Of a stretch of DNA of 64,000 bases, positions 48,980-59,637 are shown one piece after another. Location: the NCBI GenBank assembly GCA_965200315.1, contig OZ241362.1, forward strand, positions 480,001-544,000, read 5' to 3'. The notes below the pieces were generated by a model. The model saw only the letters and a program-made list of their open reading frames with translations. It was not told the origin of the DNA and searched no databases. The DNA is from Candidatus Latescibacterota bacterium (lineage in GTDB: Bacteria > Latescibacterota > UBA2968 > UBA8231). The translations under genes and the position numbers were made by a program. Each line of letters opens with the position of its first letter. The stretch's first letter is position 1.

Positions 48980-50154
48980 CCCTTCGCGCTGAACAGCTTC
49001 CACCACTGCCGACTTATCACCCCTAGATAGAACAACAGGCCGGTCGCAATCCCCCACAGTTGCCACGGCGCGCTGCGGCTAACCTGGATACTCCGAGCAG
49101 GCGATTCCCCCACGCCCGCTCCCGTAGCGCGGCCCTCGCCTCTAGCTGAGCCGGGGGCAGCCGGGGGCGCGTAATCTCGGCGGCGGTCTGCTTCTCCGCG
49201 CACTGTGCCGGTCACGGTACGCTGCGGCACGACGTGGCTCGTGCCTTTGAGGGCTTGTTTTTGGGGAAAAACTAACTCGCGTTGCGCGGCGGGCAGTTCC
49301 TCGGTCCAAGCGAGCAGTTTTTTCGCCGCCTCTATACTTTCGACTTCGGCCAATCTGCTCGCTTTCCCGAGGGAAAAAGCCAGCCGCCCGCGGACAAATC
49401 CCTCGTAGAGCACGTCCTGTGCGGGGCTGCGGCGTGCGTGGAGCTTTTGCGCCAGTTCATCGCGTTGCTTTTGCAGATGCACCAGACGGCTGACGACCAG
49501 ATGAGTCTCCATGAGCTGGTGAGACACGTTGCCGGCCGCACCTCTGAGCGGCCGACGCCGCGCCGCGCGGGCCAATTGTGCGGCGTCGAACTGGGTCTCT
49601 AATTCGACCTCGCCAAACAGCGTCATCCCCCATATGACTTCGGCCCCGGGAATGTCGGGCAAGCTGTGGTTGTAAAAACGCTGCTCGGCCCGCCGGCCAG
49701 CGACCCACCAGTGGCCACCGCCAGTAGCCAGCACCTTGCGCAAGCGGCCGCGGCCGTCTTGCAAGTATAAACCGGCCATAAAGCCGCTTTCGACTCGGTC
49801 TGTGTCCCAGCAATGGGCACGCAAGACATTGGACTCGCGCAGGTACACGACGGGAATTTCGACTCGAGTTGGGGTCAGGCGTGTCTCCCCGATCCGGTGC
49901 CCATTGAGGAATAACTCGGCTTCGTCGTCGGCCCAGAAAATCAGTATCAGTTTGGAATTGGCCGGCAATAACCGGCTGTCTCCTTTGCGCTTTGCCAGTT
50001 CGCGCAGCTTATCCCCCCCATAGAGGCGGACCAAGGTGTCGATGCTGGCGGACACTTGGTTGTACTGTTGCCTGAGTGCCACCACGTCATCAGCGGTCGC
50101 GGCCGCGGCCCAACCGACCCCACACGCTGCCCAAGCCAACCAACGCATCCTCAT
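48967..50154 (-). CDS. Secreted, C-terminally anchored protein with beta-sandwich-like domain
   Basis: Signal peptide, ADDEAELFLNG pattern, low-complexity linker, C-terminal TM; overlaps the ExbB-like start. Confidence 0.65.
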   Translation of the reverse strand: MRMRWLAWAACGVGWAAAATADDVVALRQQYNQVSASIDTLVRLYGGDKLRELAKRKGDSRLLPANSKLILIFWADDEAELFLNGHRIGETRLTPTRVEIPVVYLRESNVLRAHCWDTDRVESGFMAGLYLQDGRGRLRKVLATGGGHWWVAGRRAEQRFYNHSLPDIPGAEVIWGMTLFGEVELETQFDAAQLARAARRRPLRGAAGNVSHQLMETHLVVSRLVHLQKQRDELAQKLHARRSPAQDVLYEGFVRGRLAFSLGKASRLAEVESIEAAKKLLAWTEELPAAQRELVFPQKQALKGTSHVVPQRTVTGTVRGEADRRRDYAPPAAPGSARGEGRATGAGVGESPARSIQVSRSAPWQLWGIATGLLFYLGVISRQWWKLFSAKGWIS

Positions 50155-50918
50155 ATATTGGACTTGGATTGCCCCCCATCGACATTGATACAGGCACCGG
50201 TCACCCATTTGGCCCGGTCAGACGCCAAGAACGCCACTACATCGGCGACCTCCTCTGGAGTACCAAAGCGGCCAAAGGGTATGTTGGCGTCGATAAAAGC
50301 CTCGATTTGCGCTGGATTTTCCTTCATCCGCCGCTCCCAACTCCCCCCGGGAAAGAGAATGGAGCCGGGTGCCACGGTATTGACGCGGATATTCTTTTTG
50401 GCCGCTTCAATGGCTAGGTTGGCTCCTAGGCTGATCAGCGCGGCCTTGGCAGCATTATATGAGATGGGCCCACCGGTTTCGCGGCCAAAAATTGAAGAAA
50501 TGTGGACGATGCTGCCGCCCCCGCGTGCTTCCATCAAGGGAAGCGCCGCACGGCTCACCCGCACGGCCGAAAGAAAGCTCAAATTGATGATGTCGTTCCA
50601 CTCGGCATCGTCGATCTCGACAAAGGGGGTCCACTTCGATCCGCCGACATTGTTTACGAGAATGTCGAGCCCGCCAAAGCGAATTTTTGCCCCCTCCACC
50701 ACAGCGATCGCGCCTTCCGGCGTCGTCACATCTTGCGCGGTAGCTTCCACCTCTGCGCCCTGATCTACTAATTCGGCAGCCACTTCCGCCAGCGCGTCCG
50801 CACCGCGAGCGCAGATACAAAGCCTAGCACCCTCGGCGGCCAAGGCCGCGGCAATGCGCTTGCCAATGCCGCGACTAGCCCCGGTCACCAAGGCGACTTT
50901 GTCTTTGAGTCCTAGATC
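50151..50918 (-). CDS. Short-chain dehydrogenase/reductase (SDR)
   Basis: TGASRGIG, NNVG, YNAAK, VNTVAPG. Confidence 0.92.
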   Translation of the reverse strand, partial: DLGLKDKVALVTGASRGIGKRIAAALAAEGARLCICARGADALAEVAAELVDQGAEVEATAQDVTTPEGAIAVVEGAKIRFGGLDILVNNVGGSKWTPFVEIDDAEWNDIINLSFLSAVRVSRAALPLMEARGGGSIVHISSIFGRETGGPISYNAAKAALISLGANLAIEAAKKNIRVNTVAPGSILFPGGSWERRMKENPAQIEAFIDANIPFGRFGTPEEVADVVAFLASDRAKWVTGACINVDGGQSKSNI

Positions 50919-50922
50919 CAAA

Positions 50923-51909
50923 CTACACTCCTTTTTCAATGCCCGGAGCCAGCGCCCCAGGGTTGGTCGCGAAAAGCGCGATCAAATAAGCAATGCACAA
51001 CACCAACAACACCAAGCCCTTCCAGCGGTTTAACTCGTAACCGAGCCGCATCAGCCCGAGCATCGTCAGCACGATAGCCAGCATCCATGGAAACATGAAA
51101 TTGACCACGTCGGCTGGTACCACCAGTGGATTGGCCAAGGCCGAAGCACCGGCGATCCAGCAGATATTGAGTATGTCGGCCCCGAGAATGTTGCCCACCG
51201 CCAAAGCCCCTTGGCCTTTGCGGGCGGCGACAATACAGGTGGCGATCTCGGGTATCGAAGTGCCCAAGGCCACGACCACCAAGCCGATGACGACATCCGG
51301 CAGCCCCAACGCTATCGCCACCACCGGAGTGGCTTCGACGATAAAGTGGCTGCTAACGACCACGCCAGCCAAGCCGCCGATGAATAGCAACGCTACCTTC
51401 CAGAGGCTGCGCAGAGGGGCATCCTCCTCCTCGGTCTCAGCACGCGGTCGCCGCTTCTGCTCCCAGAACGAGTATATCAGATATAGGACAAAAAGACCCA
51501 CCAATGCGCCGCCTTCCACCCGGGCCAGCGTCCCGTCGAAGGCCATGTACCAAGCCACTAGATCTATAGTGATGAGGAAAATCGCGGCCGAGCGCAGCAC
51601 AATGCGGTCGATGGCAATGGCCCCCGTGGCAAAAAGCGCGGCCATGGGCAGAGCCAAGCCATCGTCGTAAATGACCGACCCCACGGCATTGCCCAGTGCC
51701 ACTTCGGGCGAGTCCTTGAGGGCGGCGGTCACCGAGACCGCCAGCTCAGGCGAGGTAGTGCCAATGCCGACGATGACGATGCCGATCAATATCGGCGGAG
51801 CGCGGAGGTAGCGCGCAATATCAATGGCTCCCTCGACCAGATAGTCGGCGCATTTGGCCAACAACGCGAAGGACAGGACCATCAGGCCCACAGCTTCCCA
51901 TACCCCCAT
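50923..51909 (-). CDS. Calcium/sodium antiporter (CaCA, YrbG-like)
   Basis: Two alpha repeats GTTSPEL...GNAVGS and GTSIPEI...GNILGA. Confidence 0.92.
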   Translation of the reverse strand: MGVWEAVGLMVLSFALLAKCADYLVEGAIDIARYLRAPPILIGIVIVGIGTTSPELAVSVTAALKDSPEVALGNAVGSVIYDDGLALPMAALFATGAIAIDRIVLRSAAIFLITIDLVAWYMAFDGTLARVEGGALVGLFVLYLIYSFWEQKRRPRAETEEEDAPLRSLWKVALLFIGGLAGVVVSSHFIVEATPVVAIALGLPDVVIGLVVVALGTSIPEIATCIVAARKGQGALAVGNILGADILNICWIAGASALANPLVVPADVVNFMFPWMLAIVLTMLGLMRLGYELNRWKGLVLLVLCIAYLIALFATNPGALAPGIEKGV

Positions 51910-51917
51910 GATTAACC

Positions 51918-52793
51918 TTAGCCCGGCCCGTCTAAGTAGGAAGCCAAGAGGCGGTCGGCGTTTTGGTAGGCGATCTTGTCAAAGGCTTCCGCAGGTAGAT
52001 CGAGGGCGCACAGAAAATCCATTAGCTGAGTATCAAAGTAGTCCCGACCAAAGAGCAATTTGTCCTGAAATTCGAGGAGAAAATCGCGCCCGAAGTCCCG
52101 GTCCCTTTGCAGCGCACGCAAACCCGACCCAGCCGACAGATCGGCATATAGATTGCGGTACTGGCGCAACATCGGGGCCAAGCGCCCATTCGGCAGCACC
52201 GGACTGATCGGATAGCTCTCCTTGGCGTAGCAATCATCGCCGGAAATATGGGCCCAGAACCCGGGGGCATGACCGATAAAGACCGTCTGCGGACAGGCCG
52301 CAACCGCACGTTCAAGCGCATCGAGGCTGCCGCCATACCACCAGTTAGGGCGAGGATAATCGCCGCGGCCGTGGTCAATTGGATAGTCGAGATGGATCGT
52401 AATGGGCAAGCACATTGCGCCGCAGGCCTCGTACAGGCGCAGCGCGTCTGGATCGTCAAACGGCAAGCGCACCTTCAACTCGGAAGCGACCTGAACGCCG
52501 TGGATTTCAACTGCGGCCTTGAGCCGATCTATGGCGTCGGGCCGCTTGGGATGCGGCATATAGCCGAGGACAAAGCGGTCGGGTGCTTCCCGGCCGACGG
52601 CCAGCACATCTTCTAGGGGGATCCCCCAGCCCGTAGGGGGCAACACCGAGTGATACGAAGGCGAGTATTCATCGGCAGGGACCTCCCACGAGAAAAGCCA
52701 CATTTGGTCGATGCCCTGCTCGTCCATGTTGCGCAGGATTTTGGCGGCGTTAAACCCGTGCCAATTGGGGTGATTATGCGCGTCAATGAGCAT
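51918..52793 (-). CDS. Amidohydrolase_2 family protein
   Basis: IDAHNH, PITIH, FIGH, LYADLSAGSG, LLFGRD. Confidence 0.85.
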   Translation of the reverse strand: MLIDAHNHPNWHGFNAAKILRNMDEQGIDQMWLFSWEVPADEYSPSYHSVLPPTGWGIPLEDVLAVGREAPDRFVLGYMPHPKRPDAIDRLKAAVEIHGVQVASELKVRLPFDDPDALRLYEACGAMCLPITIHLDYPIDHGRGDYPRPNWWYGGSLDALERAVAACPQTVFIGHAPGFWAHISGDDCYAKESYPISPVLPNGRLAPMLRQYRNLYADLSAGSGLRALQRDRDFGRDFLLEFQDKLLFGRDYFDTQLMDFLCALDLPAEAFDKIAYQNADRLLASYLDGPG

Positions 52794-52927
52794 TTGTTAA
52801 TGATATTCTCGCGGGTGAAAACTGTCAAGATAAAGCACAGTTTATTTGCAGTATTTTGTAATAATTATTCTTGATTAATAATTTTTATTTATTATATTAC
52901 CTACCTAATTTCACAAAAGGAGCAACC

Positions 52928-54187
52928 ATGAACATCGCAGATCTAAAGGGACAGAAGATCATGCTGGCCGCGTCCGGTGGCCTCGATAGCTGTACCATCA
53001 CCCATTGGCTGCAATCCCAAGGCCTAGAAGTCGTCGCTTACACCGCCGACCTAGGCCAGCCCGACGAGGAGCGCATCGAAGACATAGGCAGCCGGATGCA
53101 GGCCTGTGGAGCCGCTGAGATGATTCTCGACGACCGCAGAGAGGCTATTTGTCAAGCCGGCATCCAGCTCGTCCAAGCTCAGGCCCGCTACGAGGGGGGC
53201 TACTGGAACACTACCGGCATCGCCCGGCACGTGACGGTGGCCGGCATGTTGCCCCACATGCAGGAGCGCGGCATCCAAGTAATGGCGCACGGGGCCACCG
53301 GGCGCGGCAACGACCAAGTCCGCTTCCAACTGGCATCGCAGATGCTCGCGCCGCACATCGAGGTGTACGCTCCTTGGCGCGACCCGGCCTTCCTGCAAAA
53401 CTTTGGTGGGCGCAGCGAAATGATCGCTTACTGTCAAGGACACGGCCTACCCATAACCGCCACTCCAGACAAGCCCTACTCCACGGACGCCAACATGCTC
53501 GGACTGACGCACGAAGCTGGCCAACTCGAAGCCTTAGACACCGCGGTCAGCCTAATCGCGCCCGGCATGGGCTGTTTTCCGCAGCAGGCTCCAGATTTAG
53601 CAGAGGTTTTTACCGTGCGCTTTGAACGAGGCGTTCCAATCGCCATCAATGGCCATGCCGTCGGCCCGGTCGCGGCCATCGAGCAGAGCAACGCCATTGC
53701 CGGGCGGCACGGAGTCGGCATTGGCTTACACGCGGTGGAAAATCGCTTCGTTGGCATCAAGTCGCGCGGCGTCTATGAGGCACCAGCCCTAGAGCTATTT
53801 GGCCAGTGTTACGATTACTTGCTCCAGCTCATCCTCGACCGCCGCGCCCGACGGATTTTTGCCGTTGTCTCCGAGTTCATTGCCGAGCAAATCTACCAAG
53901 GATATTGGTTTGACACGGCGACCCAAGCGAGTTGGAAGCTCATCGAGCATTTTAATCAATTGGCGACTGGGACCATCTCCATCTCGCTCTACAAAGGCCA
54001 AGTCGCCTTTTGCGCGGCCAGCGACGCCCCCCATTCGCTTTACAGCGAGTACACCGCCTCTATGGAGGCCATCGGCGACTTCGACCATCGCGACTCCGAG
54101 GGCTTTCTCGGCGTCTTAGGCGTCAGTGCCCGCGCACTTCAGCAGGCCGGGCAGATTGCGCAACCCAATGGCGATACAGGGGCTTGA
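52928..54187 (+). CDS. argG: Argininosuccinate synthase
   Basis: SGGLDS, AHGATGRGNDQVRF, YSTDAN, ENRFVGIKSRGVYEAP. Confidence 0.96.
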   Translation: MNIADLKGQKIMLAASGGLDSCTITHWLQSQGLEVVAYTADLGQPDEERIEDIGSRMQACGAAEMILDDRREAICQAGIQLVQAQARYEGGYWNTTGIARHVTVAGMLPHMQERGIQVMAHGATGRGNDQVRFQLASQMLAPHIEVYAPWRDPAFLQNFGGRSEMIAYCQGHGLPITATPDKPYSTDANMLGLTHEAGQLEALDTAVSLIAPGMGCFPQQAPDLAEVFTVRFERGVPIAINGHAVGPVAAIEQSNAIAGRHGVGIGLHAVENRFVGIKSRGVYEAPALELFGQCYDYLLQLILDRRARRIFAVVSEFIAEQIYQGYWFDTATQASWKLIEHFNQLATGTISISLYKGQVAFCAASDAPHSLYSEYTASMEAIGDFDHRDSEGFLGVLGVSARALQQAGQIAQPNGDTGA

Positions 54188-54992
54188 CCTCTTTGGGCAA
54201 TAGGTCAAAAACTTCTCGCTCAATCGGCACCATCTCGTAGTTTTTACCTCCGGTCTCCACCACCATGGCCTCGTGTTCGGGCCTGCCGATGAGCGTGGGG
54301 TTTAGGTTCAACCACCACGGAGCGTAGCGCACGATGAGGGCAACGCGATCACTTGCGCTTCGATTGGACGCCACCGCATGCCAAAGCCGACTGTCATACA
54401 CCAAGACGCTGCCAGCCGCTCCTTCGACCTGGCACTCGGTGGGATAAGGGGCGTCCTGATCCATCTCGAGCATATCCCCGGCTGCGGGATTGCGCGGCCA
54501 GCGATGACTGCCCGGCACCACGAAAGTCCCGCCGGTCTCAGCGGAAAATGGCGTCAGCATCCAGATCGTCGAAAGGTGCAAAACCGCGTCTGGATACGGC
54601 GCGGGGATGTGCGAGGCATTCGTTGCGTTGTAAGGCCAGTCGGCGTGCCAATAGCCCCGCGCATTGCCGCGGTGATTGACCACGCAGTCGGTGCAGGAAA
54701 CCCGCGCCCAAGCCCCAAAAAAAGACTCGACCACCTCTAGGAGCCGGCGTTCGACCAAGTACGGAGCAAAGGATTGCACCTGATTGATGACTTGTCTGAG
54801 TTGGGACACGCCCGGATTGCCGATCCGGTGACCGCGGCGGCGAATTGCGGCCAACTCGGCTTCGGAAGAGCGGCGATTGCGCTCGACCGCAGCCGTTAAC
54901 TCGGCGCATATCTCCCCGACCACGGCCTCGGGAATCACTTGCTCGATAACGCAAAAGCCGTCGCGCTCAATTCGCTGTCCGTAGGTAGCCAC
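54123..54992 (-). CDS. Phytanoyl-CoA dioxygenase family protein
   Basis: DGFCVIE, WHAD, GGTFVVPGSH, DSRLWH. Confidence 0.85.
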   Translation of the reverse strand: MATYGQRIERDGFCVIEQVIPEAVVGEICAELTAAVERNRRSSEAELAAIRRRGHRIGNPGVSQLRQVINQVQSFAPYLVERRLLEVVESFFGAWARVSCTDCVVNHRGNARGYWHADWPYNATNASHIPAPYPDAVLHLSTIWMLTPFSAETGGTFVVPGSHRWPRNPAAGDMLEMDQDAPYPTECQVEGAAGSVLVYDSRLWHAVASNRSASDRVALIVRYAPWWLNLNPTLIGRPEHEAMVVETGGKNYEMVPIEREVFDLLPKEVKPLYRHWVAQSARPAEVRGH

Positions 54993-54993
54993 T

Positions 54994-55893
54994 TCACCCT
55001 CGGAAGAGCGGCGCGACACCCGACCAAATGATCTCCAATTCGGTCAGCGCGTCGTCGTCTAGGACGGGCACGGGTGCCCGGCAGACCGCCGAGCGAATCA
55101 ACCCGCGCTTTTGCAAAATCCACTTGTAGATCGCAATCCCGTAGAGCCGCTCGTAGTTCATCAGCGGCAAGAGCTGATAGAAGTGCGCCCGCGCTGTCTC
55201 GTCGTCTCCGGCTTCGAGAGCGTCCCAGATCGCCGCCATGGCGTCGGTCACGTGACAGCCCGGCATATTGCCGCAGGCACCGCGCCGATATTCGTCGAGC
55301 AAATAGACCCCCCCTTTGCCACCCAATACCCCCTTGCAGGCCGCGCCCGCCAGCGCCAGCGTGCGGCTGACCTGCCAAGGCTCGGGGACGGTCTCTTCCT
55401 TGATGTAATCGACGCCTGCCAACTCGCGGCACATCCGCCCCAACAGTTCGCCGCTCATGGGCGTCCCGACCGGCGCGTCGAAATTCTGCACGCAGATCGG
55501 GACCTCCACCGCGTCCGCCAACTGTTGGTAAAAGGCATAGCAGCCTTCTTGGTCAACGCGCAATACATGCGGTGGCATGGACATGATCCCGTCGGCGCCC
55601 ACATCTTGGGCAAACTGAGCGAGGGCCACGGCTGGCAAGGCATGGCCAGAGGTGACGGAGGCCACTACGGGTACTCGGCCAGCGGCCGTGGCGACGACGA
55701 TCTCGATCCAGCGGCCGCGTTCCTCGTCGGAAAGGGTCGAAAATTCACTGGCATTGGCTGGCCCCACCAAGCCCGTGGCACCCGCTTCAATACTGAAGAC
55801 AACCAAGTCCTGCAAGGCCGCTTCATCGAACGCGTAACTATCGGTAAAGGGGGTCACCACAATCGGCATGATTCCGCGCCACGTTTCAGTCAT
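54994..55893 (-). CDS. Dihydrodipicolinate synthase family protein
   Basis: GIMPIVVTPF, SEFSTLSDEER, GRVPVV, YIKEE. Confidence 0.88.
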   Translation of the reverse strand: MTETWRGIMPIVVTPFTDSYAFDEAALQDLVVFSIEAGATGLVGPANASEFSTLSDEERGRWIEIVVATAAGRVPVVASVTSGHALPAVALAQFAQDVGADGIMSMPPHVLRVDQEGCYAFYQQLADAVEVPICVQNFDAPVGTPMSGELLGRMCRELAGVDYIKEETVPEPWQVSRTLALAGAACKGVLGGKGGVYLLDEYRRGACGNMPGCHVTDAMAAIWDALEAGDDETARAHFYQLLPLMNYERLYGIAIYKWILQKRGLIRSAVCRAPVPVLDDDALTELEIIWSGVAPLFRG

Positions 55894-56545
55894 GGCTATC
55901 TCCTTTTAGGCCGAGCAAAGCGGGCACGGCAAAAAGCTCATCCACCACGATGCACTCCCCTATCTCCAACCGACGCCGACTCTGATGGCCGGAAGGCAAC
56001 AGGACGCAATGGACACCGAGCGCAGCGGCCACCTCAATGTCGTGTAGCGTATCGCCGACGAGCAAGATTTCGTCGGCCCGGCAGTTGAGGGCTGCAAGGT
56101 GCCGATGTCCGCGCTCGATTTTCCCCTCCCCCAAGCCATTATCCACCCCGGCGACTGCGACAAAGTGGGGACGCAGCCCGTAGTGAGCAACCATTTCTTC
56201 GAGATCCTCTTCGTTGGAGGCCGATAAGAGTGATTGTCCGATCCCGTTGCGCCCCAGTGCGGTTAGCACTTCGCGTGCTCCCTCGCGCAACCGACACTCG
56301 CGGAGGCGCTGGCCGTAGAGGATGTTGAACTCGCCGCCTGTGGTCGCAAAATCCTCGCGCTCTAAGTCAAAGCCTACGCGCTGGTAGTAAGCCCGCAGGG
56401 GGAACCCGAAGACCTCGCTGTATTTGCACGGCGTGGTCGGCGCGAGTCCTCGGCGCGTCAAGAGTTCGTTAACGATCTCGACGCACAGCCAAGCATCATC
56501 CACCAAAGTGCCGTTCCAGTCCCAAATCACGTGGCGCAGCTTCAT
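55886..56545 (-). CDS. HAD-family hydrolase
   Basis: WDWNGTLVDD, LLSAS, VGDTLHD. Confidence 0.88.
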   Translation of the reverse strand: MKLRHVIWDWNGTLVDDAWLCVEIVNELLTRRGLAPTTPCKYSEVFGFPLRAYYQRVGFDLEREDFATTGGEFNILYGQRLRECRLREGAREVLTALGRNGIGQSLLSASNEEDLEEMVAHYGLRPHFVAVAGVDNGLGEGKIERGHRHLAALNCRADEILLVGDTLHDIEVAAALGVHCVLLPSGHQSRRRLEIGECIVVDELFAVPALLGLKGDSHD

Positions 56546-56562
56546 AGATAGCGGTCGTAAAT

Positions 56563-57306
56563 TCACTCTTTGTAGGCGACTACGCGCAGACGCCAGTAGT
56601 CGGCGTACCAACCCCCATCATCGTACAATGCCGGGCGGACAGCGTTCTCCACCGCAACCAACAGCTCTTCGCGCATCAACGGGGGAATACCCTCTGTAAG
56701 CGTCTCGGCGAACATCGCCATCCAGTCGCGCAACCCGCCCTCACCCTCTAGAGGCGTTGGACGAGGAAAGTGGCTGGCATAAGCAACGCGCAGCCCGGCC
56801 TGCTCCACGAGCCGAGCATATTCCCCCAAACTAGGAAAATACCAAGGCGACTGCGGATAAAAGCCCCGCGCAGCCAATTGACCGATCAGCCCTTGGCGGA
56901 TGATGGCCACGTTCTGCGCACCGCCTAGTTCGGCGACAAAACGCCCGGCCGGCCCCAGACAAGCGGCAATACGCTCAAGTGCCTCTTCCGGCGGCTTGAC
57001 CCAGTGCAGGGCTGCGTTGGAAAAGACCGCATCAAACGGCTCGGCAAAGGAAAAATCCCGCGCATCGCCGACGACAAAAGACAAGCTTGGGAACTCCTTG
57101 CGGGCGGCCTCGACCATCTCGGCCGACAAGTCGATGCCCACGACCTCAGCCCCGGCTGCGGCAATCTGGGCACTCAGTTGACCAGTGCCACAGCCCACGT
57201 CGAGGATGCGTTCCCCAACTTGGGGGTCCAAAATCTCCACCAAGTCGGCACCTGCGGCGGTGACATAGCGGTGTTTGGCTTGGTAGCGTTTGGGGTCTTG
57301 GAACAT
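56563..57306 (-). CDS. Class I SAM-dependent methyltransferase
   Basis: ILDVGCGTG, FDAVFSNAALHW, ADYWRLR. Confidence 0.9.
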   Translation of the reverse strand: MFQDPKRYQAKHRYVTAAGADLVEILDPQVGERILDVGCGTGQLSAQIAAAGAEVVGIDLSAEMVEAARKEFPSLSFVVGDARDFSFAEPFDAVFSNAALHWVKPPEEALERIAACLGPAGRFVAELGGAQNVAIIRQGLIGQLAARGFYPQSPWYFPSLGEYARLVEQAGLRVAYASHFPRPTPLEGEGGLRDWMAMFAETLTEGIPPLMREELLVAVENAVRPALYDDGGWYADYWRLRVVAYKE

Positions 57307-57307
57307 A

Positions 57308-58297
57308 TCAGCCCAAGAGATCGGCGATAACCGCACGCTCCTCTTTGAGCTCGTCTTCGGTGGCCTTGATCTTCGCACGGGCAAAGTCGCTCAACTCCAA
57401 GCCCTGTACAATCTCCCAGCCGCCTTGGCCATCGCTGCGAATGGGAAAGGAGAACATCAACCCCTCGTCAATCCCGTAGCTGCCGTCCGAATAGACGCCA
57501 GCCGAGAAAAAGTCCGACGACGACGTGGCGCTCTCCACGCTGACGATGTGGTCGAGCGCGGCATTGGCAGCCGACGCGGCCGACGACAAGCCACGGGCAT
57601 CGATGACAGCTGCTCCCCGCTGCTGGACGATTTGGATGAATTCCTCGCGCAACCAAGCGTGGTGGCCTATGACGTCGTGCGCTGGCCGCCCCTCAATGTG
57701 CGCGTTTTCGGCATCTGGATACTGCGTGGCACTGTGGTTGCCCCAGATGGCCATATTGGTCACCGCCGAGACCTTGACGCCAGCCTTTTGAGCGAGCTGG
57801 GCTTGGGCGCGGTTTTGGTCCAGACGAGTCATCGCGTGGAAGCGGTCGCGGGGGATGCCGGCCTTGTGGCCGTGGCTCATGGCAATCAAGCCATTAGTAT
57901 TGGCTGGATTGCCCACCACCAAGACCCGCACATCCGCGGCGGCTCGGGCCAGAGCCTGACCTTGGCCGACGAATATCGGGCCGTTTTCCCGAATTAAGTC
58001 GCCCCGCTCCATGCCGGGACCGCGCGGCTTGGAGCCAATCAGCAGACCCCAATTGATCCCGTCGAAGGCCTCTTCGGCTTGGTCGGTAATTGCGATGTCG
58101 TCGAGAAGCGGAAAGGCGCAGTCGTCGAGTTCCATAACTACGCCTTCTAGGGCTTTGAGCGCCGGAGTAATCTCCAGCAAGTGCAGCGAAATCCGGACGT
58201 CGCGGCCGAAAACCTCGCCCGAAGCTAAACGCGGCAATATAGCGTAGCCGATCTGGCCAGCCGCCCCAGTGACGGCTACTTTCACAGTGCGTACCAT
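57308..58297 (-). CDS. mdh: Malate dehydrogenase
   Basis: [46 protein letters not shown]. Confidence 0.96.
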   Translation of the reverse strand: MVRTVKVAVTGAAGQIGYAILPRLASGEVFGRDVRISLHLLEITPALKALEGVVMELDDCAFPLLDDIAITDQAEEAFDGINWGLLIGSKPRGPGMERGDLIRENGPIFVGQGQALARAAADVRVLVVGNPANTNGLIAMSHGHKAGIPRDRFHAMTRLDQNRAQAQLAQKAGVKVSAVTNMAIWGNHSATQYPDAENAHIEGRPAHDVIGHHAWLREEFIQIVQQRGAAVIDARGLSSAASAANAALDHIVSVESATSSSDFFSAGVYSDGSYGIDEGLMFSFPIRSDGQGGWEIVQGLELSDFARAKIKATEDELKEERAVIADLLG

Positions 58298-58461
58298 GTA
58301 TTCCTCCTAAAATAAGGCAGTTTTTATACAGAGAAAATCTGCCAAAAAAATGCGCTCTGTGCAATGCGAGGCCCAGCCATTGACTATACCTTGGCGCGCT
58401 GGTTATTCTACGACTTTGCTTCCAACACACGGCTCGGCTCACGGGCGAAAGGACGACCATT

Positions 58462-59622
58462 ATGAGCGGCGACTTTGATCTCATCATCCAAGGGGGACAT
58501 CTCATTGATCCCAAAAACGACCTCAACGGCCCAGCCGATATTGCCATCAAGGACGGGCTAGTCGCTGCGGTCGCCGACCGAATCGAGTGCAGTTCAGCAA
58601 AGGTCATCGACGCATCCAGCCTCTATGTCACCCCGGGCTTGATCGATATCCACATCCACGTCTATGGGGGATATGGAGGCTGGCTCTTTCCCGACCAGCA
58701 CGCCCTGCCCTACGGAGTGACTACCGTCGTAGATACAGGTGGCGCAGGATGGAAGGATTTTGCCGATTTCAAGCACACCATCATCGATCCCGCCCAGACC
58801 CGCGTCTTGGCCTTTGTCAATATCGTCGGCGCTGGCATGATCGGTGCTCCCGAACAAGACGTCAGCGAAATGGACCCCGCGCTCTGCGCCAAGGCGATTG
58901 AGCAGTACCGCGAGCACGTCGTCGGAGCCAAGTCGGCCCACTTTGGCGGCCCGGGTTGGGAGTCGGCTGGCGGCGCGATTGAGGCGGCGCGGCAGAGCGA
59001 CTCCATCGCCATGATCGACTTTGCCCCCCAGCCCACTCGTTCGTACGAGGAATTGCTCGAGCGCATGAGCCCGGGCGACATCCATACGCATCTCTACGCC
59101 GCCCACATCCCCCTGCTCGACACCGACAAAAAAGTCGCAGGCTATGTGCGCCAAGCCCGGCAGCGCGGCATCGTCTTTGACACGGGGCACGGCAACGGCT
59201 CCTTCTGGTTTCGCATTGCCGTGCCCGCCATGGCCCAAAATTTCCCCCCGGATACCATCAGCACTGATCTACACAAGGCCAGCCGCATGTTGCCCAACGC
59301 CACCATGCCCATAACTATGTCCAAATTCCTGAACCTCGGCATGTCTCTCCAAGAGGTCGTGTATCGCTCGACACACAGACCAGCCGAGGTCATCAGACGC
59401 CCACAGCTAGGCCACCTCAGCGTTGGGGCCGAAGCCGACCTAGCAGCTTTCTCCCTGCACGAAGGGGATTTTGCCTTTGTTGACTCGGGCCGAGCGCGCC
59501 TGCCGGGTCGGCAAAAACTCGAATGCGAGCTAACGCTGAGAGCAGGCCAAGTTGTCTGGGATCTAAACGGCCGCAGCTTAGTGGATTGGGACGAAGCTGG
59601 TGAATACCGACTCCTCACTTAA
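58462..59622 (+). CDS. Amidohydrolase/deacetylase family metallohydrolase (dihydroorotase-like)
   Basis: PGLIDIHIH, GVTTVVDTG, PGDIHTH, FDTGHG.GSF, PDTISTD. Confidence 0.88.
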   Translation: MSGDFDLIIQGGHLIDPKNDLNGPADIAIKDGLVAAVADRIECSSAKVIDASSLYVTPGLIDIHIHVYGGYGGWLFPDQHALPYGVTTVVDTGGAGWKDFADFKHTIIDPAQTRVLAFVNIVGAGMIGAPEQDVSEMDPALCAKAIEQYREHVVGAKSAHFGGPGWESAGGAIEAARQSDSIAMIDFAPQPTRSYEELLERMSPGDIHTHLYAAHIPLLDTDKKVAGYVRQARQRGIVFDTGHGNGSFWFRIAVPAMAQNFPPDTISTDLHKASRMLPNATMPITMSKFLNLGMSLQEVVYRSTHRPAEVIRRPQLGHLSVGAEADLAAFSLHEGDFAFVDSGRARLPGRQKLECELTLRAGQVVWDLNGRSLVDWDEAGEYRLLT

Positions 59623-59637
59623 GGCCTTGCAAACGAC

